DNA of 64,000 bases from Okamejei kenojei (GCA_035221665.1 CM069131.1:23994001-24058000), one strand, 5' to 3'; positions 13,081 to 25,849 are shown, counted from the first letter of the stretch. Program-made: numbers and translations. Notes: a model not told the origin generated them from the sequence alone.

Positions 13081-14345
13081 AGATGCTGCTTGACACACTG
13101 AACTCCTCCAGTACTATGCTTTGCTCAAGATTCCCACATGAGCAATCATTTGCATTCCTTGGCAGATACACTGTTTCAGTCTGTTCTTTTCCCATGGAAT
13201 TGATTTCTGCCCAATTTTACAGGCGAGATCATTTTGACTTCAATGCGTTTCTTTTCCGCTTAGTCCAGTCTATGTCACAGAAAGAATGTCACAGCCAAGC
13301 CAAATATTAGTCAATAATCATTACCTCAAATATTTTTATCCTTCAGAAAGGAGATGCTAAGTAGATTGCAGAAGGCTGATAACATCTTTCCTTAACTTTT
13401 TGCAAGTAGGAGCTTCCTTCAATCTTTTTTTATTTAAAAAGGGAAACTATTTTCTTGGAGTGCCGACTTCTGAAATAAATCCTCATGCTCTAAAGGGTTT
13501 TGTCAGTCATTTCTAAATAATTCAAGTTTTAAGTGGACAGCAACATGTTGAATACATTTGTTGCACGCATGCAAAACTTACAGCAATGCATTCTTGACGA
13601 TTATTTATCACCAAATTTTACTGAATGGTCAATTAAAGAGTTAATAATAAAAGCTTTGTTTAAGAAAGATCTGCAGATGCTGGAAAATTGAAGGTAGACA
13701 AACGTGCTGGAGAAACTCAGCGGGTGCAGCAGCATCTATGGAGCGAAGGAAATAGGCAACGTTTCGGGCTGAAACCCTTCTTCAGATTGATGTGTATGGG
13801 GGGGGCGGGGAAAGAAAGGGAGAGGAGCCAGAGGGCAGAGGGAGAGCTGAGAAGGGGAGGAGACAATAAGGGCTACCGGAAATTGGAGAAGTCAATGTTC
13901 ATGCCCTGGGGTATAAACTGCCTAAGCAAAATATGAGGTGCTGCTCCTCCAATTCAGAAGTCGGCATCCAAGAAAATAGTTTCCCTTTTTAAATAAAAAA
14001 AGATTGAAGGAAGCTCCTACTTGCAAAAAGTTAAGGAAAGATGTTATCAGCCTTCTGCAATCTACTTAGCATCTCCTTTCTGAAGGATAAAAATATTTGA
14101 GGTAATGATTATTGACTAATATTTGACTTGGCTGTGACATTCTTTCTGTGACATAGACTGGACTAAGCGGAAAAGAAACGCATTCAAGTCAAAATGATCT
14201 CGCCTGTAAAATTGGGCAGAAATCAATTCCATGGGAAAAGAACAGACTGAAACAGTGTATCTGCCAAGGAATGCAAATGATTGCTCATGTGGGAATCTTG
14301 AGCAAAGCATAGTACTGGAGGAGTTCAGTGTGTCAAGCAGCATCT
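13081..14345. repeat. About 394-bp inverted duplication (arms 13081-13474 and 13953-14345)
   Basis: The arms are reverse complements differing by about two substitutions and a 1-nt indel; mirrored ORFs at 13065(+) and 14116(-). Confidence 0.95.
13660..13952 (-). mobile_element. 5'-truncated Penelope element (GIY-YIG C-terminus plus pLTR with hammerhead at 13755-13789)
   Basis: Minus strand encodes LEEQHLIFCLGSLYP/GMNIDFSNFR*, then caatctgaagaagggtttcagcccgaaacgttgcc. Confidence 0.85.
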
Positions 14346-14770
14346 GTGGAGGTAATGGACAGGTGATGTTTTGGATTGGAACCTTTCTTCAGACTGATTT
14401 TGGTAGGGGAGAGAAAGCTGACTAAGTGGGCACAGGTGAGGGGGATTTGATTGGAATATGAGTAGAGTAAGTGACAGTCAAGAGATGAAAAGAAGGCAAA
14501 AGGTTGTCAGATAAGGGGGGAAAAAGAAGGGTGAAATGTAGCCAGAGAGAGGGATGAAATGTGAAGTCAGAAGGGGAGATGTGGATGGAAGTGGAAAGGG
14601 TGGGGATGAAAAGGAAATGAACTTGGGAATGGGAGATGTGTACAAAGGAAAGGAGCAGCATGACCTGCCAGGTGGGAGATGGAGGGCGAATTTAATGCAC
14701 ACCAAGCTGTGTGGAGCACCGGAAATAGAGAGCAAGTAGGGGGGAAATTTAATGTTCATACCGCTGGTTA
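14270..14770 (-). mobile_element. Older Penelope pLTR and ORF end
   Basis: Minus strand reads GMNIKF then a pyrimidine-rich UTR, then cagtctgaagaaaggttccaatccaaaacatcacc. Confidence 0.65.
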
Positions 14771-14944
14771 TATCTGCCTCCTTGTTGGTAGTGGACGTTA
14801 AGAAAAACAGGCTGCATACAGAGGGGTGAAGGGAGGAAGTCCTAAGGTGATTAGGTTAATGACTGTTCATGTATTGACCCAATATTCACGTTGGTGTTAA
14901 AATCTAGAGAGATACAATGATGTGCTAGACTTTGCTGGATTGCT

Positions 14945-16275
14945 TTAAAAGGGCATCAGTAATACTGGTGCCCAGGAAGAGGAAGGTGACATGCGTCAAA
15001 GACCACTGACTGGTGGCAGTAGCTTTCATGTTGATGAAGTGCGTTGAGAGGTTGGTTTTGGCGTATATTAACTCCCACCTCAACAAGAATCTGGACCCAC
15101 TCCAATTTGACTACTGCCAGAAAAGGTCAGTGGTGGATGCGATCTCACTGGCTCTCCACTGCACTGGAACACTGAGACGAAATCATACATCAGGCTGTTC
15201 TTAGATTTCAGCTTGGCATTCAACATCATCAACTGGTTACCAAGCTCATGAAACTGGGTCTCCGTGCATCCCTCTGCAGTTGGATCCTTGTCTGCCTCAT
15301 CAACCATCTGTATGAATTGGCAGCAACATTTCCTCTAACCATCAGCACAGGAGCACCTCAAAGCTTCGTACTCAGCCCCTTGCTCATCAATACTCATGAC
15401 TGCGTAGTCAGATAAAGTTCATCTTCTAATTTGCTGATGATGCCACTGTTGTTGAACGAATTATGAATGACAGTGAGAATGTGGGGGGGGGGGGGGGGGG
15501 GGGGGGGGAGATTGATCAACAGCGAATAATGCCAGAACAACAACCTTGCTTGATATCAGTAAAACCAAGGAACTATTGTTGACTTTGGAAGAGGAAGGTC
15601 GAGGATCCACAAACCTGTCTTCATCTAATGGTTGGTGGTGGAGAGGCAAAAAGTTCAAATTCCTTTGCGTGCATCAAGATCTCTTCTAGATCTAGCACAT
15701 TGATGCAATCATAAAGCCTATCAATGCCTTTACTTCCTTAGAAGATTCAGTATGTCAATGAATGCTCCTGAACTTCTACATGTGTACTGTAGAGCGCATC
15801 ATGGCAATCTGTAACTCGGCAACTCGAATGCTCAGGAACAAAGATGATTGCAAAAGTAATGAACACTGCCCAGTCCAACGTGGGTGCTCACATCCCCACC
15901 ATCAAGGGGATCAAAAAGGTGGCCAGCATCATCAGAGACCAACACCACCCCTGGCCATACTCTCATTTCACTTCTGTCATCGGGAAGAAGGCACTGTAGC
16001 CTGAAAACTGTAATGTCCAAGCTCTGGAGAAGCTTCACCCCTACAACAATCAGGCTGTGGAACAGTACATCATCTAACTAAGCTCTGAGCATAGATGGGG
16101 GCATTGATTTTGTGTTTGCACTGTTATAATTTGTATCTTTGCACTATTATTGTTTCTTTACTGACCTTGTTCATTATGGTGTTTACAGAACTCTATGTAT
16201 ACATATTTGTTGTGCTGCTTCAAGTAAGAATTTCATTCTGTTTTGAGACATATGACAATAAAATATTCTTGACTC
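14945..16275 (+). mobile_element. Degraded Rex1/Babar LINE (RT to 3' end)
   Basis: MKCVERLVL..LDPLQF..DAISLALH; GAPQ..LSPL; FADD; NISKTKE; LLSSGRR..SF; aataaa followed by a tcttgac tail. Confidence 0.85.
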
Positions 16276-17086
16276 TTGAGTGGGTATGCCAAGCAATAAC
16301 ACTGTCCTTATTAGCAGATTTAGTGGTTTTATTGGTGTTGAGTACTGCAAGTTCAGAGAGAACTTTAGGATGCATGAGTGAAGAGGAGGAAAAAATTGGG
16401 AAGTTGGAAAACAATAGACAATAGGTGCAGGAGTAGGCCATTCGGCCCTTTGAGCCAGCACCACCATTCAATGTGATCATGGCTGATCATCCTCAATCAG
16501 TACCCCGTTCCTGCCTTCTCCCCATATCCCCTGACTCCGCTTTTTTTAAGAGCCCTATCTAGCTCTCTTAAATCATGCGAAAGATTTCAAGTTGAAGGCG
16601 TGGGAACTAAGGCAAGTAAAACTCAACATCAGGTTCCGCTTGAAATTTATTGATAGGGGATAAAGCTCTATTATTAACTGGGAAATGTTCATTCAGTTAA
16701 GGATGTGAGAGATCAAACCCAAAAAGGGATAACATTAAGTGGAGAGCTGGAGTCAGAAAGAAAATGAAGAAGGATCCAGAAGAGGGCTTCAATTTAATAG
16801 TAGTTGGTACTTACGATTCTTGTCATGTGAAAGGAAGAACATAAGCCTTTGTTAAAGTGCTGTATTCAGCAAAGGATCAAATAGGATTGCAGAGCACTGG
16901 GAATAACTTGATACAAAGTATAATTTTGATATTTTGTTAAAAGGACAAACAAGGTACAAGTTGTTAACCCAGGCATATATTTAGAAAAGCTTGTTAGGAT
17001 TAATTATTGATTAGATTTTTGGTAATATTAGTTCCATGTACAGTAAGTAAGGATTGTGTCAAGACGTGTGTTATGATTGATCAAGC

Positions 17087-17642
17087 TATAAAAGTTAATC
17101 TTAAAATTCTGGAAAAATGCTCCTATACCAACCGTTAATATGTGTATTTCAACTATGTTTGAAACACTACATCTGGAAGATATGAGACTCCGCCTGGCAG
17201 GAAAATCAGACTGTTTCTATAAGACGTGGTCTGCATTTATAAATCTACTACAAGGATAAGGTGCAAGAGTACCTCAAACAAGTACTGGCGTCGGGTCTTG
17301 GTAAAGGGGGACGTAAAACTGTCGAGTTGGTAGATTCCTTTTGCATGATGCTTATAATAAAGTAACTGGCTTTTCTTTTTCCTTCTCTCTCCCTTTTTTC
17401 TCTCTAGGGTCTATCTCTTAATCTCCTTACTCTAACTCTTCAACCAAGGGTTCCCATTTCCTTTGGCAACGCTTTTTCACTTTCACAACTCTTTTTCGCT
17501 TTCTCTACTTTCTGTTTCTATTTTTTTTTCTTTTTTCTAAAGCCTTAAAAAATTAAGGGGTACAATGATTGTAATATATGCATGGGATGTACACTGATGT
17601 AACTTACTGTACCTCTAATAAATAAAAATATAAAAAAATAAA
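17087..17642 (+). mobile_element. 5'-truncated L1-clade LINE with poly(A) tail and 14-bp TSD
   Basis: TSD atgattgatcaagc at 17073-17086 and 17643-17656; ORF2 end KLILKFWKNAPIPTVNMCISTMFETLHLEDMRLRLAGKSDCFYKTWSAFINLLQG*; aataaa plus A-rich tail. Confidence 0.85.
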
Positions 17643-18154
17643 ATGATTGATCAAGCCATTAATGATCTGATTGCTACAAGACAGTCACATGGGATTAGGA
17701 ATACAAAGATTGTATTAATATAGCTATTTCAAGATATGGATTGTGCTACTTTATCTAGATTTTTTCCTGTATCAGTGATATTACTTTTCTGTTTATTTAG
17801 CTTAGAGGTTCTATAAAAAAATCTATTTGGACTAATGGTGTATGAAAGGCAAGTGCATTCCTTTTCCAATTTCTCCCCCCCCCCCCCCCCATAATTAAAC
17901 TTGATTCCAAAATTTTAAAAAAAGAAAAAAATAAGAAGAATTCTTCTTAAGAGGAATAAGAAATCTTATCCAATATTCTCTGCAATAGTTTCATAGTTGG
18001 TAGTGTTTGCAATGTATCTTTAAACCAAGCACCTTGCCACTCGTGGCCTCTGGAGTGATATCACTTCCCATGTTTGAGATGTGTCTCCACTGGACTCTGT
18101 CCCTCAATGTCCCCCCACAGAGCCTTGGTGTTAGCTGCACCAAGCTTGCATGAG

Positions 18155-19153
18155 TCATAAGTGATAGGAGCACAATTAGGCCATTCGGCTCATTCTACTC
18201 TGCCATTCAATCATGGCTGATCTATCTTTCCCTCAATCCCATTCTCCTGCCTTCTCCCCATAACATCTGCCCTGCCAGTCTCAGGGCCACCTGTACTAAT
18301 CAAGAATCTATCTATCTCTGCCTTAAAAAAATATCCATTGACATGGAGGCTTGGAGGCACAGCCTTCTGTAGCAATGAATTCCACAAATTCACTGTCCTC
18401 TGACTAAATAAATTCTTCCATATCTCCTTCCTAAAAGAACACCTATTAATCCTGAGGCCTCTGGTCCTAAACTCTCCCACTAGTGGAAACGTCCTCACCG
18501 CATCCATTCTATCTAGGCCTTTCACTATTTGGCACGTTTCAATGAAGTGCCCCCTCATCCTGCTAAACTTAAGGGAGTACAGGCCCAGTGTGGTCAAACG
18601 CTCATCATATGTTAACCCACTCATTCCTGGGATCATTCTCATAAACCTCCTCTGGACCCTCTCCAGCACCAGCACATCCTTCTTCAGATATGGGGCCAAA
18701 AATTGTTCTCAATATTCCAAATACGGCATGACCAGCGCCTTATGGGGCCTCAGCATTACATCCCTGTTTTTTGTATTCTAGTCCTCTCACAATATATGCT
18801 AGCATTGCATTTTCCTCCCTCACTACCGATTTGACTTGCAGATTAACTTTTTGGGAATCCTGCACCAGCACTCCCAAATCCTTTTGTACCTCTGATTTGT
18901 GAATTCTCACTCCATTTAGAAAATGTGTATGCCTTTATTCCTATTGCCAAAATGCATGACTCCACACTTTGCTCTGCTGTATTCCATCTGCCACTTCTCT
19001 GCCCACTCTCCCAACCTGTCCAAGTCCTTTTGCAGAGTCCCTGACTACCTGCCCCGCCACTGAACATTAGATGAAGACAGGTCTGTGGATCATGAACCTT
19101 CCTCTTCCAAAGTCAACAATAGTTCCTTAGTTTTACTGATATATATCATCTGC
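18155..19153 (-). mobile_element. CR1 LINE 3' portion with two internal templated insertions
   Basis: APYLKKDVLVLERVQRRFMRMIPG...VNLWNSL; ADD codons at about 19145-19153; CR1 3' UTR hairpin and tail. Confidence 0.9.
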
Positions 19154-19879
19154 CTCAGTGATTGTTGGTACAGGCGCCCCTGAGACTGGCAGGGCAGGTG
19201 GCATTCCACCACTGACCTTCTGTTCAAAGCAGGTGTCGAATGCATTGATGTCATCAGGGAGGGAACATTGTGAGCACTACTGCTGTCCTTTGCGTAGTAG
19301 CCCGTTTATATTATGCAAGCCTGGCCGGAATCTACGCGTATCCATGTCATTGCTTCAAACCTCCAGCTGACTCCAGAACTCCTCCATGGCTTAATAACTC
19401 TGCAAAGGGTTTATTGAACCACTTGGGATCGTTTGACTTGAATACTGCAACCTGGGCATCACCTGGGAGTGAACATTGCAGTTCATCCATAGTTTCTGGT
19501 TGGGGAATATACGTATTGCCTTTGTGACTCATTCCTTTACATATTTGCTGATTAAAGTTTGTGATAGCGGGGGAATATTCATTTAGGTTTGCAACAGACC
19601 TCTTGACTATGGATCAGTCCACCAACTCAGAGCAGTTGTGAAAGGTGTCATATATTTTCACAAACCAGCACTCTACGGTTTTTTGTAGTGGTTCCTTCCT
19701 CTTCAGTTTCTGCTTGTACGCAAGGAGTAGAAGCACAGCCAGGTGCCCAGATTTACAACCAGTTTATCAGATTACATTGAAGATAGACACAAAATGCTGA
19801 GTAACTCGGCAGGACAGGCAGCATCTGGAGAGAAGGAATGGGTGATGTTTTGCACCGAGACCCTTCATCAGCTACACCA

Positions 19880-20910
19880 TTAGATTACATCAATGCTTAT
19901 CAGTCAATTGCCATTCAATATACTCTGTCCCATTACATTCAACCTCCCAAAGTATAGAACATTACATCTGCTCGGCTTAAACTCCACCTGCCATTTCTCT
20001 GCCCACTCTGTCGTTGATCAATATCCTGCTGTAGACAATCGGTGCAGGAGTAGACCATTTGGCCTTTCGAGCCAGCACCTCCATTCAGTGTGATCATGAC
20101 TGATTATCCCCATTCAGTACCCCCTTCCTGCCTTCTCCCCATATCCCCTGACTGCTATTTTTAAGAGCCCTCTCTTGAAAGCTAGATAGGCTAGAAAGCT
20201 TGAAAGCCCTTCTAGCTCTCTCCTGTATACTTGACAACCTTCCTCGCTGATGTCATCTGCAAACTTAATAAGCAACCCACCCACATCTCAAACCACAGCA
20301 TTCTCAGCACAGATCCCAATGGAACTCCACTGGTCACAGACCTCCAGCCAAATAACATCCTTGTACCAAATCCCTTGGCTTTCTATGAGTAATTCAGTTT
20401 TGAATCCAAACAACCAAATCCCTATGGATCCCATGCATCTTAATCTTCTGGATCAGCCTACCATGATCAACTTTATGAAAAACTTTATTAAAATCCAAGT
20501 TGACAACATCCACTGCTCTACTCTCTTCAATCATCTTTGTGGCATCCTCAAAAACTCAAATCAAATTCATAAAATATTACCTACTGCGTTCAATCATCTG
20601 ACTGCTTGAATAAATCCTTTCCCAAAGAACCTCTCTGATCCACTGCCTCCCATCCACTGCATGTGACCCACTGGACTATCATTTTGTGGATTATCTCTAT
20701 TTCCCTCCTTCAACAAAGGAACCAAGTTTTCTCTGCTCCTATCCCCCCGGACTGCACCTATGGCTAGACAAGATGCAAAGATCATCACCAAGGTCTCTGC
20801 AATCTCCTCTCTTGCCTCTCTGAATAATCTAGGATAGATCCCAATAGGCTCTGGGGATTTATCCACCTGATGCTCTTTCAGAGTTCCAACGCCATCTCGT
20901 GGATTCATGT
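19880..20910 (-). mobile_element. Degraded CR1 ORF2 fragment with a nested CR1 tail (about 20033-20180)
   Basis: VDKSPEPIGIYPRLFREAREEIAETL..ENLVPLLKEGNRDNPQN. Confidence 0.8.
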
Positions 20911-22064
20911 AAGACAAGGTGGTGGCAGTGGCGTATGGAGAAGATGATTGGAACTTGTGAGTGGGCTGCGAGCTTGCCACCCCCTCCACCACCCCCCCTT
21001 TTAAATACTCCAGGGGTGCAGGGGTTCTGAGTTCAGCTATGGGAGGCACCCCAGCACACAGAAAGAAGCCGAGCAATGGCAGCAGGAGACTAGAGGGCTG
21101 TGTGCTCGCTGGCCATGGTATCGGAGGAATGGGCCACTGGAGGCCCTGCAGCAGCTGGATCCCTCAGAGTTTGGACGAGTGTGCAGCTCGGATGAGGTCC
21201 ACAGCAGCAAGGAGTGGTGGTGAAAGACACCGACAGCATCGCCAGGCCAGGCCCGACCTCACCATCACCAACCCAATACTGCCACCAGGATAACGGGCCT
21301 CTTAGGCCAAGATAAGACTCTATTTTTATGAGCTTTATACATGGAAAGTAAACGCTGGAAACTTTGTGTACTGCCACAGAAGAAATCTATTTTTACACTA
21401 TAGTCATTACACATGCATTTATGTATGATTTTTGCTTATGTATAGTTTGATTCAGCGGATTGTATGCATAGCAAAGAATTTTACTATCTAGTTCGATGGG
21501 ACATTGAACTATTAATTGCATCCCTTAATTTCAAACTGCCATAGCATTTTAGTATTCCTCGCATGCATAGAAACATAGAAAATAGGTGCAGGAGTAGGCC
21601 ATTCGGCCCTTCGAGCCTGCACCGCCATTCAATATGATCATGGCTTATCACTGTCCTCCTTCACTTTGGTTAATACAGATGCAAAGTATTCATTTAGAAG
21701 CTCGTCTTCATCCAGTGACTGCCAGCATAAATGTCTGCCTAAATTATGAAGTCTGCCTCTTAGCATTGTGTTATCTGAATGCAATGACTGGTGAGGATGC
21801 TTTTACAACTGCATTGCTTGAGTGTCAGTTTTGCAGTTGCCAGTATAACTGCTAAACATTGTTGTAAATTTGGGGATCTGTGGTTTCCTGATGTTAAGAC
21901 GCACTGAGAAGTGAGATTTGAATTTGAATTTGATTCCTAGAATTTGTAGTTCCGAATTTAAAAAAAAGAGAAATCTGACTGATCGTTTTGAGTAAAATGT
22001 TAACTTTTAAAACTTAATTGTTCGCTCTTTTAAAAAAAAAAACCCCAATAAAGCTGAATGAGTA

Positions 22065-22226
22065 GGAAGGAACTTCAGATGCTGGTTTATACTGAAGATA
22101 GACACAAAATGCTGGAGTATCTCAGCGGGTCTCAGCATCTCTGGAGAAAAGGAATAGGTGACATTTTGGGTCAAAAGAAGGGTTCTAACCCGAAACATCA
22201 CTTATTCCTTTTCTCCAGAGCTGCTG
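22065..22226. mobile_element. Penelope pLTR with short inverted partner
   Basis: ggaacttcagatgctgg..gacacaaaatgctggag..ggtgacattttgggtc joined to aagaagggttctaacccgaaacatcac..ttccttttctccagag. Confidence 0.75.
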
Positions 22227-22569
22227 CCAAAACAGTGTTTTGTGTCTGTATCTCCAGCTGATTGAATCAAGTTTACTGCCTCCACAGATGTTGCTTAATT
22301 TCTGTTCCCAGCATTATTCTTAATATTTTAAATTTCCAGTTTTTACTTGGTTGTTATTTGTATCATGGGTAACTTTCCTAGCAAAAGGAGATCCCTAACA
22401 TGCCATAGAAAAGGATTGTCAAAAATATTGAAACCATAATGGGATAAAGAAGGAGTGGTATTGTGGTTGGAACATAGCTGTGAAACAGAATAAGAGTGAT
22501 GTGGTAAAATACGTCAATACAACTGTTTTAAAGAACAAAACCATACAGGACGTTTATTTATAATAGAGG

Positions 22570-23218
22570 CAGATTGGCCTTCATCATTCAGAGTTTTGAG
22601 TATAGAAGGTGGGGAGGTTATGGTACAATTGTACAATACATTGGTGATGTTGCATTTAGAGTATTGTGTTCAGTTTTGGTCACAGTGTTGTAGAAAAGAT
22701 GCTGTTAAAACAGGAAAGGGTGAAGGGAAGATTTACGAGGATGTTGCCTCGAGGACTCGAGGGCCTGAGCTATCAGGAGAGGTTGAGCAGGCAGGCACGG
22801 GGATGAAGGGTATTCTTAAAGTGTACCTGATCATCAAGGGAATAAATTGGATAAATAGTCTTTTACCCAGAGTAGGGAAATCAAAGTATAGGAAAACTGC
22901 CCTTTGTGTTCCTATAAAAAACCCTCTCACCTTAAGTTGAGAGGGTTTTTTCTCACCTTAAGTTGAGAGGGTTTTTTATAGGAACACAAAGGGCAGTTTT
23001 TTTGCACAACTATGGTAAATATTTGGAACGAGCTGCCAGAGGAAGTAGTTGAGGCAGGTGCTGTTGCAATGTTTAATAAACATTTAGACAGATACATGGA
23101 TAGGATAGCTTTAGAGGGATATTGGCCAAACGCAGGCAGGTGGGACTAGTGTAAATGGGGCATGTTGGTCCATGTGGACAAGTTAGGCCGAAGGGCCTGT
23201 TTCCACACTGTATGACTA
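22570..23218 (+). mobile_element. Degraded CR1 3' portion containing a fold-back at 22893-23000
   Basis: LYNTLVMLHLEYCVQFWS; tggaacgagctgcca; gggcctgtttccac tail. Confidence 0.85.
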
Positions 23219-24573
23219 GTCTAGATCGAGATGTTTTTTAGTATTATCTGCAGCTTTTTGTTTATATAAATCTTTATAAAACAATGATGTAGCATATTGG
23301 GCATGTGCTTTCTACCATGTGGACCTCTTGTACATCATTCTTGTATCTCCTCTAGGTTGCATTCTACAACACCATTGGGAAAGGATGTCAATATTTTCCA
23401 CTGGTTTTATTTTGCAATAGTTGAAAAGGCAGTTTATAGGTTTCTTAAATTAAGAGGTTGGTCAAAGAAATTATGGTGGATCCTTCTCTTGATAATGTTC
23501 CAAAGTGGCAGGGCAGCGTGTACTCAGATGAGGAAGTCTATGGGCAAGTTCTATTTTTATATCTCATGTTTAAAGATGTTGCAGTTTAGAAAGAACACTT
23601 GAGTCAAATATTTATTCTAAAATATGGGCTAACGAACAGAGATTGCATCAAAAAAAAATTGTTTGATTATATTTTAAACCCAGGTTTGACCATAGTATTT
23701 GCTGCAGCTTTGGAAAATGAAGGAGGAGTAGTTAAAGTTCAATTTTTTTTATGCAATATATTCGTAGGACATGGAATGATCAAATCAAAATGATAAAGGA
23801 AGCAGAATACATAAGGGTTTCTAGAAATAATTTATAGTATGGGGAAAAAAAGGGGAACCACAGAGTCAAAGTGGTCATGGGTTGAATGGTTTACTTTTAT
23901 TGTAAAATTACACAATTCTCACATTGACCAGGCGTCGTGTGATACGTTAATTACTTTGTCAAGAATTTATTTAAGTGGAAAACCAAAGTGACAGAATAAG
24001 ATAATTTGCTTCGCTTGTATGCAATGCATGTTGCAAGGCGTCATGTACGTTCACTGCTCTGCGGATGCTACGATTGCTGTTTTCTCTGTTACTGTCCTAA
24101 CATCGGGCAGCATGAAGAGTAAAGATTGATTAGATCAAATTGTGTAAATTGCTGAAGGGTTGATGTTGTTGACCAATGCCAGAAAGCAGTTACTCATTTG
24201 ATAACATGATTTAGTCCATGTATATCCAGATATCTGGACTAAACTTCTCCACAGTAAGACTAAGCATTTTGTAGTCATGGTCACTTACCATGATGATACT
24301 GTGTTTGGTTTGCTCTCTGATTTTGACACACAGCAAAGTGGTCACTTACCATGATACTGTTTGGTTTGCTCAGTGATTTTGACACACAGCAGTGTCATAA
24401 GATGTTTTGACATGTCAGCAAAATTGTATAAGTGTACAACTTTGGCTACTCGCTTTACTAATAAGAGAATAAAAGATAACCTTGGGGTTATACAGCATGA
24501 GAACAGTACAACATGGGAACGGGTAATTTGACCTATCGAATCCAGACTGACCATCAAGCATCTGTTAACAATT

Positions 24574-24883
24574 GTTTAGTTTAGAGATACAGTGTGGAAA
24601 CAGGCCCCTTGGCTCACCGGCGATCGCTGGTCGGCACCACCGATCCCTGCATATTAACACTATCCCACACACACTAGGGACAATTTTTACATTTACCAAG
24701 CCAATTAACATACAAACCTGTACGTCTTTGAAGTGTTGGAGGAAACCGAAGATTTGAGAAAACCCACGCAAGTCACGGGGAGAAAGCAGCACTGACAGCA
24801 CCCGTAGTCGGCAACGAACCCGGGTCTTCAGCGCTGCATTTGCTGTAAGGCAGCAACTCTACCGCTGCGCTACCATGCTGCCC
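24574..24883 (-). mobile_element. tRNA-derived V-SINE (HE1-like) with CR1-derived tail
   Basis: Minus strand: gggcagcatggtagcgcagcggtagag (A box), ggttcgttgcc (B box), V-domain, gggcctgtttccacactgtatctctaaactaaac tail. Confidence 0.85.
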
Positions 24884-25849
24884 TACTTTATTTTGCGTGT
24901 ATTCTACCACTTGCCTATACGCGAGGAGAAATTTACAGTAGCAAATTAATCCACTGACGCACGTCTTCGGCATATAGAATGAAACTGTAGAAATCCACAT
25001 AGACACCGAGAAAAATTACAAACACAGACAATACCAGAGATCAGGATTGAATCCAGGTTGCTGAAATTGAGAGCAGCTCAACTAGCTGCACCACTGTACT
25101 GTCCACATGCTAAGGCTTACAAATTAAACATTGTTAAAGGACCTCCATGTCGGATGTGAAGGTATTATCAAAACAATGAGTGGGACACTTGCTGTTAGGT
25201 TTATCTTTTGGTGTGGTGAAGAGGTAATAATCACTACAGTGTAAAGCTGGCCAGAGCTGTGTGTTTTTTAAAGCTCCATTGCAGAATTGAGTTCAGCATT
25301 TATTGCTTAACCAAAACTATGCTTGAGGAATTGATTGTCAAGTTGACCAATTACAGACAGTATCATAAAAGAACGATAGAGTGTGAGGCAGGTAGTTTTA
25401 GGAGGATGATGAATCAATCATATTTCCAAGTGGGGATGGATAATATTGGCTTTATTTGGGGATTTTGTAGGCAATGATCTTCCTGTGTGTTTGCTGCCTT
25501 TGTCCTTCTAGTTTGTGGAGTCATTTGTTTAAGAATTGGCAAGGAAGGGCAAAATGAGTTGCTGGTATGCATTTTATATGTGTACACTGCATCACGTTGT
25601 GCTGGTTTTGGAGGCATTGAATATTTAAAGAAGTGTGCAGATTGCACATCTGGTAAACTGTTTTACCTGAGTCTGGTAGCAACAGTCTTATGTCGCAGCT
25701 CCAAATAATATTCTGGTCAATAGTGGTGCCTCTGCCTTCCTACCAAACATTTTTATGATAGAAGGATTTGACAATTGTAATGCTGTTAATTGCTGAGACC
25801 AGCAGCATTAGTCTCATTTGTTGGAGAATATCATTACCTGAGAATTGTC

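Noticed and set aside
13065-13310. Duplicated 75-81 aa ORFs as a small gene pair
   Set aside because: They mirror each other only because of the inverted duplication. They start in pLTR sequence and have no recognisable domain or gene structure.
15483-15508. Poly-G tract as a functional G-quadruplex
   Set aside because: It is a homopolymer expansion inside a dead Rex1 copy. Similar poly-C and poly-G runs recur in other repeats.
24840-24883. tRNA gene
   Set aside because: The A and B boxes belong to a SINE head followed by the V-domain and LINE tail, with no full cloverleaf.
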